A stretch of 64,000 nt of DNA from an uncultured delta proteobacterium (lineage in GTDB: Bacteria > Desulfobacterota > BSN033 > UBA1163). The notes below the pieces were generated by a model. It was given only the letters and a program-made list of their open reading frames with translations. It ran no database searches and was not told the origin of the DNA. A program made the position numbers and the translations under genes. Within the stretch, counting starts at the first letter, position 1, and every line of letters starts with the position of its first letter. The stretch covers positions 224,001 to 288,000 of the forward strand of contig CAWHBU010000004.1 in NCBI GenBank assembly GCA_963827685.1. Reading direction: 5' to 3'. Shown in pieces: positions 38,917 through 48,642 of this stretch.

Positions 38917-38965
38917 GGATTTATTGATAATTACGTATCATGAGTAATGAAAGGAGGCGAAACTT

Positions 38966-39490
38966 ATGCCAATACTATCAGAGACTGAGGCATTTGAAGC
39001 AATGTCCAAACCACAACTGATCGAATTGTTGAAGCTTTATGCCCAGCTTTTGCTCACTGTTGATGGTCTCTGGTTTATGGGGACAGAAAAGGCAAAGGGT
39101 ATGGATGATGCGATCAGAGTCGATAAGGAGGTTTGGCGTCAGTTCGGTGCACTTGAAGCTAATCGTATGAAAAAGTTCGTAGGAATGGACTCTATTACAA
39201 CGGTCGAGGACGTTTGCAAAATCGTTCTTTTAAGCCCAATGTGGGTTAGTGTGGGACCTAAAGCTGAAATTCAGAACGGTAGATGTTTCTTGTCGGTAAC
39301 TAACTGCCATCCTCAGAAAGCCAGGATAAGGCAAGGTCTCGGTGAGTTCCCTTGCAAATCAGTGGGAGCAGCATATTTCGAAGGATTTGCGGCTGCGCTC
39401 AATCCTAATCTTAAGTACCGGTGCGTATTCTGTCCCCCTGATCAACACCCCGAGAATGAGTGGTGTAAATGGGAAGTCGGTTGGTTTTAA
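38966..39490 (+). CDS. DUF6125-like protein (cassette gene)
   Basis: LTVDGLWF, CHPQKAR, FPCKSVG, CVFCPPD..WCKW; AAGGAGG RBS. Confidence 0.8.
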   Translation: MPILSETEAFEAMSKPQLIELLKLYAQLLLTVDGLWFMGTEKAKGMDDAIRVDKEVWRQFGALEANRMKKFVGMDSITTVEDVCKIVLLSPMWVSVGPKAEIQNGRCFLSVTNCHPQKARIRQGLGEFPCKSVGAAYFEGFAAALNPNLKYRCVFCPPDQHPENEWCKWEVGWF

Positions 39491-39503
39491 AACCAACAAG
39501 GCC

Positions 39504-39592
39504 ACCCAAGAGGTCAATCAACCCGACGCAGAATAGCGTCGGTGGGTTTAAGTGCAGGTAGTTGCCTGCGCGGGTTATTTCTACCGTTGGGT
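39504..39592 (+). other. integron attC site 3
   Basis: R'' ACCCAAG (1 mismatch); AAT(C)AACCCG(A)CGCA / TGCGCGGGTTATT; R' GTTGGGT. Confidence 0.8.
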
Positions 39593-39609
39593 TCCAGGAG
39601 AACATTGAA

Positions 39610-40341
39610 ATGGAGACCTTCCGCAGATCTGTAGCCTATGTGGTATTGTTTCTGGCCGTCCTTTTCGGCGGCGCCTCGCTGATGGCATTTTTGTTGTTTA
39701 TTCTAACTGGCTCGCCCCAGCTATTAAGCCTTAACTTTCATGCCAGCAGAGTGCTCTGGTGGGATACCGCTCTCTCCATGGCCTTCTTCATTCAGCATAG
39801 CGGGATGGTTCGAAGGTCATTCCGCCAGCGGCTGGCCCACTTCTTTTCAGAGGAGTATCAAGGTGCTTTGTACGCAATCGCCTCAGGTATCGTCTTGTTG
39901 GCAGTGATTGTTCTGTGGCAGAAGTCAGCGCCTGCCTTCTGGGTATCTCATGGCGTATTCCGCTGGTCGTTCTACGTAGTCTATTTGCTGTCATTCACTG
40001 GATTTATCCGGGGTACGAGAGCACTGAAAGTCTTTGATCCCTACGGCCTTAGGCCGATCTTGGGTCGTTTGAGGGGTAGGAAGCCAAGGCCCATGTTGTT
40101 CGTGGTCAGGGGGCCTTACCGTTGGGTGCGCCACCCTCTCTACCTTTTCATGATATTGATGATCTGGTCTTGCCCGGATTTGACGAGTGACAGGCTGCTA
40201 TTCAATGCTCTCTGGACGGTCTGGATAGTGATCGGTTCAATACTTGAAGAACGTGACCTTGTATTGGAATTTGGTGACGTCTATCGTGAATATCAGCGTA
40301 AAGTACCCATGTTGATTCCGCGGCGCGTTCGTCCGATTTAG
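39610..40341 (+). CDS. membrane methyltransferase, ICMT/PEMT family (MddA/NnrU-like)
   Basis: Multiple TM segments; QHSGMVR, GPYRWVRHPLY, EERDL, YQRKVPMLIP. Confidence 0.8.
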   Translation: METFRRSVAYVVLFLAVLFGGASLMAFLLFILTGSPQLLSLNFHASRVLWWDTALSMAFFIQHSGMVRRSFRQRLAHFFSEEYQGALYAIASGIVLLAVIVLWQKSAPAFWVSHGVFRWSFYVVYLLSFTGFIRGTRALKVFDPYGLRPILGRLRGRKPRPMLFVVRGPYRWVRHPLYLFMILMIWSCPDLTSDRLLFNALWTVWIVIGSILEERDLVLEFGDVYREYQRKVPMLIPRRVRPI

Positions 40342-40528
40342 TAGGTTGAATTCAGGGGATTCGAGAGACAGTGCGCCACGAGGGTGGGATTATTGATGTG
40401 GTGTACGGGGGCGGAATCACCCGTAGTAGTGAGGAACTCCTGCCATGGGGAGAGTGCGCTTGTAATTTTTCTTGGGTAAACCCTTGGCTTTGCCGGAGGC
40501 TATGATTTCTTTTTTAAGGAGGTATAAC

Positions 40529-41077
40529 ATGGAAGGATGGACCGAAAAAGAAATTAAGAACAAGGAGTTAAGGGCACCGTGTGGTATCTTTTGCGGTGCA
40601 TGCCCGCTTTACATCTCAACGAGGGACGAAAATGAAAAGTTTAGGACTATTATAAGCAGTATCTGGGGAACAAAACCTGAAGAGACGAAATGCTTCGGGT
40701 GCATGCAACCAGACCCACCGAAGAAGCTTTTTGGTTTTTGCAAGACATGTGCGATAAGGCGATGCGTAAAATCAAAAGGATACTATTCCTGCCATCAATG
40801 CAAGGAATGGCCCTGCGATATGATGGAAAAAGGCGATTTTGCTGATGCTGTTCCTTCTCCACTTAGAAAATCAGTTTTAAGGGTAATGAAAAGATCAATT
40901 CCGATATGGCGGGCCAAAGTTGCCGAATACGGTGATGAGAAGGGCAGTGTAGAGTGGGCTCGGGCAGAATGTGAACGCTATCATTGTCCCTCATGCGGAA
41001 AACCACTTTACAGAAGTGCACAACATTGTAGAGCCTGTAAAATACCAGTGGCCGATGAATTGGATGGCGCTATCTGA
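40529..41077 (+). CDS. DUF3795-like Cys-rich protein
   Basis: APCGIFCGACP, CFGC, CAIRRC, SCHQCKEWPC, C-terminal CPSC..CRAC. Confidence 0.8.
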   Translation: MEGWTEKEIKNKELRAPCGIFCGACPLYISTRDENEKFRTIISSIWGTKPEETKCFGCMQPDPPKKLFGFCKTCAIRRCVKSKGYYSCHQCKEWPCDMMEKGDFADAVPSPLRKSVLRVMKRSIPIWRAKVAEYGDEKGSVEWARAECERYHCPSCGKPLYRSAQHCRACKIPVADELDGAI

Positions 41078-41249
41078 TTTTTTTACTAAGGAGATGCGGC
41101 CGGGGAAAAAGAATTCAGAATTGCGCGTATTGTAGTGAATATCCGTGCCAGAACCTAAGGAATTTCTTTGTGCTGGTGCCACATGAAAAAGCCAATCTGT
41201 AAGAAATAAGAAAGAGATTTTAACAATAACGCCTAAAAAGGAGGAGCAT

Positions 41250-42853
41250 ATGGTCAACACAATATATGAAAAGTTGCGTGAGCACTTGGATTCTCTCCCC
41301 ACAGGATACCCCAAAACCGAGAGCGGGGTGGAGCTGAAAATTCTGGAAAAGCTTTTTACGGAAGAAGAAGCGGAAATCGCCTGCCAGCTGAAACCGGTGC
41401 CGGAATCTGCCGAGCAAATTGCCCAGCGGCTGGGGCGGGATCCCCAAGCAGTCGCCGACCTTCTTTATCGTATATCCCAAAAAGGTCTTATCTTTCGGAT
41501 TAAATATAAAGAAATTTACCATTACATGGCCATGATGTTCATCGTAGGAATCTTCGAGTACCAGGTGCATAAGCTTGACCACGAAATCGCAGAATTATTG
41601 GAGACCTACCACCAAGAAGCCATGAGTAAAGAACCCCGCAGCAGAGCTGCGGGGCATTAAAATTCAAAACTTAATTGCTCCTGTTGCTGATACTTTATAT
41701 AGCGACGTATGACTTCAGAGGTAACTTTGTCTCCAACAGACCGAACAAAATACCCATCACTCCAAAACTCTCCACCCCAAAGCTCTTTCTTCACCTCTGG
41801 AAACTGCTTGAACACCATTTTCGCCGAGATACTCTTTATGATCTGCACAATCTCTGCCGGACAATACCGAGGAGGGGCAGACAAAAATAAATGAACATGA
41901 TCATCCTTTACCTCCATCGTATCTATCTCAAACTCGTACCTCTCCGATATTTGCTCAAAACTCATCTTAAGCCTTTTTGCCAACTCACCTCCCAATATCA
42001 TCTTCCGATATTTGGGAACCCATACCATATGATATTTCAAATCGTAGACCGCATGGCTTGTTCTTTTTATCGAGCTCATGCAGTACTTATACCATGTCTT
42101 ATCGCTTCGCGAACCTGTTTTCATCCGCCCAGCAGAGCTGGGCGGTATTCAACAGGTATTTTTTATAAAGAGATAATTCGTCCCCAGACCCCACAGCTCA
42201 GGGTCGTGCCTGTACGGGAAAGCTTAGACCCGGCCATAGAAATCCAGCCTTATGATGAGTTGCGGAAGATCGTTCTATCCCAGAAGACCATTGCCTTGGC
42301 GGATTGTATCTGCCGGGAGAAAAGTGCGCTTCTGGGTCACCCTTGCAGTAAACCCATGGAAACCTGTCTTTTATTTGGGCCCATAGGCGAGTACTACATC
42401 GAAAACGGCATTGGCCGGAGGATCACCTGCGAAGAGGCCCTGAAGGTTCTGCAACAAAGTGAGGAAGCGGGCTTGGTGCCGAGTCCGGCGAATGCGCAAA
42501 AGACAGCGGGAATATGTAACTGCTGCGGCTGTTGCTGCGGGGTGTTAAAGGCCCTCAAACTCCACAGCCATCCCAGCAGCTATGTAAAGTCAAATTTCTT
42601 CGCCCAGGTTGATGAGGACCTCTGTACAGGCTGCGAAACCTGTCTGAAAAGGTGCCAAATTGAGGCCATCTCCGTGGAGGACGACCGGGCCCGAATTGAC
42701 CTCAAGCGCTGCTTGGGCTGCGGACTTTGTGTGACGACCTGTCCCACCAAGGCGCTCTCCTTGCGCAAAAAAGATGCCCGAGAGGCTTATGTGCCTCCAC
42801 CAAAACACATCGATACGTACTTGCAGATCTCCAAAGAAATGGGGAAGATCTAA
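41250..42853 (+). pseudogene. 4Fe-4S dicluster protein interrupted by IS copy 3
   Basis: GYPKTESGVELKIL, CICR, CNCCGCCC, two CxxCxxCxxxC motifs; excision restores EAM-N-KEIIRP. Confidence 0.88.
41626..42164 (-). mobile_element. tnpA: IS200/IS605-family element, copy 3 (tnpA 41657-42079)
   Basis: Reverse complement of copies 1 and 2; TTTAT target on the minus strand. Confidence 0.95.
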
Positions 42854-43022
42854 AAAACGCTCAAGATCAGAACGTCAACTCGTCAAAAGTGTTTCGGGAG
42901 GTATATGTGCCCCGGGGGTGTTTTTTGAAAAAGGTTCAACATGGATCACAACCCCCAGGCTTTGCAGTTCATACTATAACCCATTAAAATTGCCATTCAT
43001 CTTCTTATCCAAGGAGGCTTTT

Positions 43023-43796
43023 ATGAGCAAGGATGAAATAAGGGAATATGGTTATAGTTTGGGTGTGGATGTTGTGGGTTTTGCTTCCATACAGGATTAT
43101 AAATCCGAAAGATCACCGGATCCGAAGAGCATTTTGCCGGATGCGAAATCAATTGTTGTTCTTGGACATCGCATGATCGACGGCGCACTGGATGGCAAGA
43201 ATCCTCGGATCAATATGGCGGGCCGGATGGTCGTGATGGACACATCCAAAAGTCACCTTTATCTCATGGCCAAATTTGTTGAAAAGAGATTTAAGGTGAG
43301 AGCAGCGACGGTATTACCCTCTTATCCGCTGGATATGGAAGCACCGGCATTGGGGCTCTTGGGAGATTTGTCCCTGCGTCATGCCGCAGTCGCCGCAGGT
43401 GTTGGGGTGTTCGGGCGGCATAATCTTATTATTCATCCTCGTTTTGGATCGCGTCTCAGCTTTACGGGGTTACTGACGGAACTGCCTCTTGCCTCTGATC
43501 CGCCCATTAAAGAAGAACTTTGCAATGGGTGTGGTTTATGCGTCGAGGCTTGTCCTGGAGGGGCCCTTGATACCGAAAAGAGGACAGAGGAACTGAAATG
43601 CTTACGGGCCTCACAGCCGTATGGCATCGGTAGCGCAGTCGGTTACATTCGGAAATTTTTCGGTAAATCCGTGGATGAGCAGAAAGCCTTGATCAAAGAT
43701 CCGTTTTTCATGAGCCTCTACCAGGCGTCATTCATCGGATTTCAATACGCCTGCTTCAATTGCATCGCTGTTTGTCCAATAGGTGAAATATGTTAG
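43023..43796 (+). CDS. QueG/epoxyqueuosine-reductase-like Fe-S protein
   Basis: GVDVVGFA, PDAKSIVV, SLRHAAVAAGVG..GRHNL, CNGCGLCVEACP, CFNCIAVCP; AAGGAGG RBS. Confidence 0.78.
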   Translation: MSKDEIREYGYSLGVDVVGFASIQDYKSERSPDPKSILPDAKSIVVLGHRMIDGALDGKNPRINMAGRMVVMDTSKSHLYLMAKFVEKRFKVRAATVLPSYPLDMEAPALGLLGDLSLRHAAVAAGVGVFGRHNLIIHPRFGSRLSFTGLLTELPLASDPPIKEELCNGCGLCVEACPGGALDTEKRTEELKCLRASQPYGIGSAVGYIRKFFGKSVDEQKALIKDPFFMSLYQASFIGFQYACFNCIAVCPIGEIC

Positions 43797-43866
43797 TCGT
43801 TGGCTGTTGCATCGGAATTGCTGTCGTTCTAACCGGGAAAAAATTAAAGGGGTTTGAAATATGCGC

Positions 43867-43921
43867 TTGACTTTTAGATACCTCAGCGCTATATTTTGTG
43901 TAGCGCTACATAAAATATAGC
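43867..43921 (+). promoter_or_regulatory. sigma70 promoter overlapped by a 34-bp palindrome
   Basis: TTGACT, 17 nt, TATATT; GCTATATTTTGTGTAGC|GCTACATAAAATATAGC (43888-43921, 1 mismatch). Confidence 0.75.
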
Positions 43922-43939
43922 ATACGTTCCGGAGGAATC

Positions 43940-44341
43940 ATGCCGACACCAAAAGCCGGGATCAAGGTAAAGGGTTCTCGAACCGGACGCCCCATTATGG
44001 CGATTCTGGATCTTTTGGGCAGGCGATGGGCCCTGAGGATTCTTTGGGAGCTCCATCAAAGCGGCCCCAACAGCTTCAGAACCCTTCAAAAACTGTGCGG
44101 CGATATTTCGCCGACCGTGCTCAACTTGCGCTTGAAGGAATTGCGCGAGGCCGGCATCGTCGAACTGCGGGACAGAGAAGGATATTTGATCACCGAGGAA
44201 GGTGTCACCCTGGGCAAGATCATTGATCAGCTCAACATTTGGGCAAAGCGCTGGGCCGGACGAAAGAATTCGTCGAAACTCCCCTGCCGAAAAAAAAGAT
44301 CTTCACAAGAATCAACTCCCAATAAATATGCAAAACCATAA
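43940..44341 (+). CDS. HxlR-family winged-helix regulator
   Basis: LDLLGRRWALRILWEL, ISPTVLNLRLKELREAGIV. Confidence 0.9.
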   Translation: MPTPKAGIKVKGSRTGRPIMAILDLLGRRWALRILWELHQSGPNSFRTLQKLCGDISPTVLNLRLKELREAGIVELRDREGYLITEEGVTLGKIIDQLNIWAKRWAGRKNSSKLPCRKKRSSQESTPNKYAKP

Positions 44342-44351
44342 GGAGGTCATT

Positions 44352-44750
44352 ATGGCGCATCATGTCCACCATGTTTATCTCTTTGCGTCCGACATCGAAA
44401 AAAGCCTGGCTTTTTATCAAGCGTTCTTCGATGGCGAGATCATTTTCGATATGGAAATTGCGGGGGCACGCAACGTTTTTATGAAGGTCGGCATCGGCAG
44501 GATTCATTTCTATGATCAGCCTCCGAAAATGTCTGGTGCCGGTAGCATCCACCATTTCGGCGTCCAGACGGATGATGTAGAAAGAGACTACCAGCGGATG
44601 AAAACCGAGGGTGTTGCTTTCAACAAGCCGGTCATTGACCTGGGATACATGGAATACATCATGGTGCCCGCGCCGGACAACGTCCTCATTGAACTGTTTG
44701 AAGTCAACAAGGCGCTCCTCCCGGCCGAGTATCATGATTATTTTGCCTGA
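44352..44750 (+). CDS. VOC/glyoxalase-family protein
   Basis: HHVYL..DIEKSLAFY, IHHFGV, PDNVLIELFE; AAGGAGG RBS. Confidence 0.88.
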   Translation: MAHHVHHVYLFASDIEKSLAFYQAFFDGEIIFDMEIAGARNVFMKVGIGRIHFYDQPPKMSGAGSIHHFGVQTDDVERDYQRMKTEGVAFNKPVIDLGYMEYIMVPAPDNVLIELFEVNKALLPAEYHDYFA

Positions 44751-44796
44751 AAGGCTGTTCGGTAGATATTTGCGGTAGCATTTTTGAGGAGGCATT

Positions 44797-45624
44797 ATGC
44801 GCAAAGACTATGGCATTATAGATGTTTGGATGCAGCACCCAACCCTGAAATTCGTAAGTCAGCCCATGTTCGATTCCCTCAGGAGGTGGGTGGGGGCAGA
44901 AAGATTAACAGAGGAGATCCCGGTAGAGGTCACCATCGCTGCGATGGATGAGGCAGGTGTTCGATTGGGTTTGATATGTGCCTGGTGGGGTCCGCAGGGG
45001 CCACTTATCTCAAACGATGAAGTCGCAGCCCTTGTCGCGAAGTATCCAGACCGATTTGTTGGGATCGCATCCGTTGATTTATACAGACCGATGGATGGCA
45101 TTCGTGAACTGAGACGTTGCGTAAAAGAGCTTGGATTTAAAGGCCTTAGAATCGTCCAGTGGCTCTGGAACCTGCCCCCGACAGACAGACGTTATTACCC
45201 CTTGTATGCGGAGTGCATTGAACTTGGCATTCCCATCTGTCTCCAAGTAGGTCATACTGGCCCTCTGCGGCCTTCAGAACCAGGTCGACCTATCCCCTAT
45301 ATCGATGAGGTGGCCATTGAATTCCCTGAACTTATAGTCGTGTGTGGGCATATAGGATATCCCTGGACAGTGGAGATGATTGCCGTTGCAATGAAACATC
45401 CAAATGTTTACATTGACACCTCGGCCTACATTGCCAAGAGATATCCAAAGGAGTTGGTAGACTATCTGAAGAAGAACGGACGAGAAAAGGTTCTCTTCGG
45501 CACGAACTACCCTATGATTACCGCAGGGATGTGTTTGAAGGATCTGGATGCACTCGAACTCGGCGGGGAGGTAGAGAAACTTTTTTTGTGTGAGAATGCA
45601 AAACGAGTATTTGGGCTTCAGTAG
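44797..45624 (+). CDS. amidohydrolase 2-family protein
   Basis: CGHIGYPW, NVYIDTSA, KVLFGTNYP. Confidence 0.88.
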   Translation: MRKDYGIIDVWMQHPTLKFVSQPMFDSLRRWVGAERLTEEIPVEVTIAAMDEAGVRLGLICAWWGPQGPLISNDEVAALVAKYPDRFVGIASVDLYRPMDGIRELRRCVKELGFKGLRIVQWLWNLPPTDRRYYPLYAECIELGIPICLQVGHTGPLRPSEPGRPIPYIDEVAIEFPELIVVCGHIGYPWTVEMIAVAMKHPNVYIDTSAYIAKRYPKELVDYLKKNGREKVLFGTNYPMITAGMCLKDLDALELGGEVEKLFLCENAKRVFGLQ

Positions 45625-45725
45625 AACTGGGCTCCGAAAAGAGCGACTCGTTTTTTTTTAGGATTAAGTGGGGGCCGACTCAAATCTCACAGTCCGGTAT
45701 AATAAATGTGATTGGAGGATAAAAA

Positions 45726-46550
45726 ATGAAGAAAAATCTTCAATTTTTAACTGAGAAGAAAAGTAAAAAGAGCAAGATTACAATGCTTTCTTGCTATGAC
45801 TATCCTACTTCTTTGCTTGCTGAACAAGCGGGAGTGGATATTATTTTGGTTGGTGATAGTGTCGGTACAAAGATGCTTGGTTACAAAAGCCCTAATCAAG
45901 TTACCATGGAAGATATGATTCACCATGTAAAAGCAGTGCGTCGAGGAGTCACGAATTCATATTTAATGGCCGATATGCCGGTGAGTTCCGTTGAGACTCC
46001 CGCTCAAGCGTTAAAAGATGCCCGGATCTTTTTGAACCATGGTGCGGATGGGGTGAAAATTGAAGTATTTGAAACGGAAATCGTATCCCTTCTTTCTGAA
46101 AATGGGATCGAAGTTTGCGTGGATCTGATCTACCCCTTCCTACAGCATCGTGACTCGCAGAAACCCGTTGCCAAGCTCTTAGCGGATTATTTCGCGATTG
46201 CCGTAAACCATCAACGACACGGAGCCGCCTTGTTGGTCTTTACCATGGCTCCTGAAGAGATAGCCAAATTGGCAACCGAGCAGCTTAAAATCCCTACGGT
46301 TGGCGTAGGCTCAGGCAGATATACGGACGGCCAGGTTTTGATTACAGCTGAAATGCTCGGAATGAGTAAAGCGGCTCATTATTATAATAAACTTTACGAT
46401 ACCTTTGAAGAACGAACATTAAAAGCAATGCAGCAATTTGTAAACGAAGTAACAAATAGCGAGTTTCCCACAGAACAGAATTCCCAGCATGTAGGCGAGG
46501 ACCAGCTTAAGGAAGTCAAAGAATTAGTTAAACGGATGGATAGTATATAA
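45726..46550 (+). CDS. panB: divergent ketopantoate hydroxymethyltransferase-like protein
   Basis: MLSCYD, ILVGDS, ADMP, VKIE, GVGSG..DGQVL. Confidence 0.7.
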   Translation: MKKNLQFLTEKKSKKSKITMLSCYDYPTSLLAEQAGVDIILVGDSVGTKMLGYKSPNQVTMEDMIHHVKAVRRGVTNSYLMADMPVSSVETPAQALKDARIFLNHGADGVKIEVFETEIVSLLSENGIEVCVDLIYPFLQHRDSQKPVAKLLADYFAIAVNHQRHGAALLVFTMAPEEIAKLATEQLKIPTVGVGSGRYTDGQVLITAEMLGMSKAAHYYNKLYDTFEERTLKAMQQFVNEVTNSEFPTEQNSQHVGEDQLKEVKELVKRMDSI

Positions 46551-46614
46551 GAATTGACGCTCTCCATGGCTCTTGCTGGGGCAGCGGTTGGGGCGTTTGT
46601 TAATGAGGAAAATC

Positions 46615-47022
46615 ATGGAAAAGGAGCTTCTACTCAAAATCGGCGGGATACACAACATTCTGTGTGCTCTGCTGCATGTGATATTTCCCAGAATGTTCAA
46701 ATGGAGCAAGGTACTGGAATCACTTCCCGGCGATAAACGATTAATCCTTGAACCATCCTTGCATATTATGAACTGGTGCATGGTAGTTTTCTGGGTAATA
46801 CTTGCGTATATTTCCCTTGTGCATACCTTAGAGCTATTGATACCCGGCCTTGGTAGGACTCTGCTGGTCTCGATCGTGATATTCTGGATTATCCGGATTT
46901 TCGTGCTTCAGCCCATATACATAGGTATTAAAAATCGGATGTCCTGGCAGATGATTGGATTTTTCCTGGTCGGGCTTGTTCTTTTCGCAGTGCCGCTCAT
47001 AGAATCACTTGGATCTCGTTAA
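46615..47022 (+). CDS. hypothetical membrane protein
   Basis: About four hydrophobic segments; co-oriented with neighbours; start uncertain. Confidence 0.65.
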   Translation: MEKELLLKIGGIHNILCALLHVIFPRMFKWSKVLESLPGDKRLILEPSLHIMNWCMVVFWVILAYISLVHTLELLIPGLGRTLLVSIVIFWIIRIFVLQPIYIGIKNRMSWQMIGFFLVGLVLFAVPLIESLGSR

Positions 47023-47129
47023 TATAGCAATAAAAAAGACTATGATTGACCGCACGTTTCAATAGGATGAGCAAGGCCTTGTGATTCATTCAGCCGATAG
47101 CTCGAAAGGATTCCTAATAAGTTGTTTTA

Positions 47130-47207
47130 GAACTCACGGTTTCGCCGGATTCGCGCGGGTTTCGCGGTTTCGGCGTTGACGGCTCCCGGTGAGCCTCAGA
47201 ATTGGAC
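47130..47207 (+). other. degenerate attC-like site
   Basis: GGTTTCGCCGGA..CCCGGTGAGCC pairing; R boxes eroded. Confidence 0.4.
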
Positions 47208-47885
47208 ATGATGAATACCAATGACAGCCTCCTCCGTGTGCTTGACCCATGGCCATGCTGTATTCTGGCCACTGCCCGTATCGCGGGTCTGCCTGAGCGG
47301 GAGAATTCCTTCTTCGCTGCTTTTATGCCCCAAGCGATAACGGCCCTCACATTGGGACATCACGTCACGACTGAGGAGGAGTGGACTTGGTATGCAACCA
47401 TGACAGGAGGAGAGCACTGCGCTGCCGACAATCATGCCAAGAAGCTATGTGAGAGGATCAAAGAGAACTTGATACAAGCGGGGCATGAGGCCAAGCTGGT
47501 CAGTTACCCCGGTGTAAGCGGTCTGCAGTTTCGTTATGTCGCAGAGGCCTCAGGCCTGGGGACAATTGGCACCAATGCTTTTCTATTTCACCCTGTATGG
47601 GGTCCCTGGATTCATCTACGTGTACTGGCTACAACGGCCATTCTTGACATTCATCCGAAGGAGACAGGTAATCAGTTGTGCAATCAGTGCGGCTTGTGCA
47701 TCTCAGAATGCCCTGCTGGGGCCATATCGGATGAGTCTTTCGTGGGACATCAGTGTCGATCATACCGCAAAGCCAAAGGGGAATATGAGCCGTATGGATT
47801 GAGTGGTGAGCTCAGGTGGTGCAAGCGATGCATTAAAGTATGCCCGCAGGGACAACAACCCATTCCCCGCATAAGCGGTGCATAG
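47208..47885 (+). CDS. QueG-like Fe-S protein
   Basis: AEASGLGTIGTN, WGPWIHLR, CNQCGLCISECP, CKRCIKVCP. Confidence 0.75.
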   Translation: MMNTNDSLLRVLDPWPCCILATARIAGLPERENSFFAAFMPQAITALTLGHHVTTEEEWTWYATMTGGEHCAADNHAKKLCERIKENLIQAGHEAKLVSYPGVSGLQFRYVAEASGLGTIGTNAFLFHPVWGPWIHLRVLATTAILDIHPKETGNQLCNQCGLCISECPAGAISDESFVGHQCRSYRKAKGEYEPYGLSGELRWCKRCIKVCPQGQQPIPRISGA

Positions 47886-47973
47886 ACTGTCGAGTAAACG
47901 GCTCCAACTGATGGTTTACAGCTGCCGCTGACCCACAAAGATCGGCCAATTTGGGTAGAGGAGAAGGTTTGAG

Positions 47974-48642
47974 ATGAAAGATGAAGAAAGAGATGATCCC
48001 TTCCTGGGGGAAAGACTTGTCAAATATGACGAATGGTTAAACAAGGGGCAGATTTCATTTTTGTCAAAGGTCATCCCTGTCTCAGAGTCCCTCAAAGCAA
48101 AGGAATGGGTCTTGCCAACCGAGCAGGCCATAGAGGTACTACGAAATGCAAAATCAGTGGCATTGCAGAACTGTGAATGCAGGACTCACTACAAAAGGTG
48201 TGACAAGCCGGTTGAAGTTTGTTTCCTGCTGAATGAAGCGGGAGACAAATCCGTCTCCGAGGGCAAGGCCCGTCAGGTGTCTTTGACTGAGGCGACGGAT
48301 GTTCTAAGAAAAGCAAATGAAAACGGCCTGGTTCATCTCTCCCTATACATGCCCAACCATCAGGTTTTTGCACTCTGCAGCTGCTGCGCGTGTTGTTGCC
48401 ATGATCTGCAAATTGTAAAGCTTTTTGATCGGAAGGACCTGATGGTCCGTTCTGAATATGTAGCGGTCACTGATTCTGAGATCTGCGTCCATTGCGGGAA
48501 ATGCATTGAACGCTGCGTGTTTGGTGCTCGGGTATTTCGGGGTGAACAAATGGAATATCATGCTGAAGAATGTCTTGGATGCGGGCTTTGCATTACCACT
48601 TGCCCTGTCCAGGCGACATTTATGCAACCCCGGAAATCATAG
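47974..48642 (+). CDS. 4Fe-4S dicluster protein
   Basis: CECR, CSCCACCC, CVHCGKCIERC, CLGCGLCITTCP; same family as 41250-42853. Confidence 0.85.
   Translation: MKDEERDDPFLGERLVKYDEWLNKGQISFLSKVIPVSESLKAKEWVLPTEQAIEVLRNAKSVALQNCECRTHYKRCDKPVEVCFLLNEAGDKSVSEGKARQVSLTEATDVLRKANENGLVHLSLYMPNHQVFALCSCCACCCHDLQIVKLFDRKDLMVRSEYVAVTDSEICVHCGKCIERCVFGARVFRGEQMEYHAEECLGCGLCITTCPVQATFMQPRKS

Noticed and set aside
41891-42853. 320-aa ORF as a real protein
   Set aside because: Its N-terminus is the antisense strand of the IS; only the part after 42164 belongs to the Fe-S gene
43023-43796. Respiratory reductive dehalogenase
   Set aside because: Too short, with no Tat signal and no rdhB-like anchor gene
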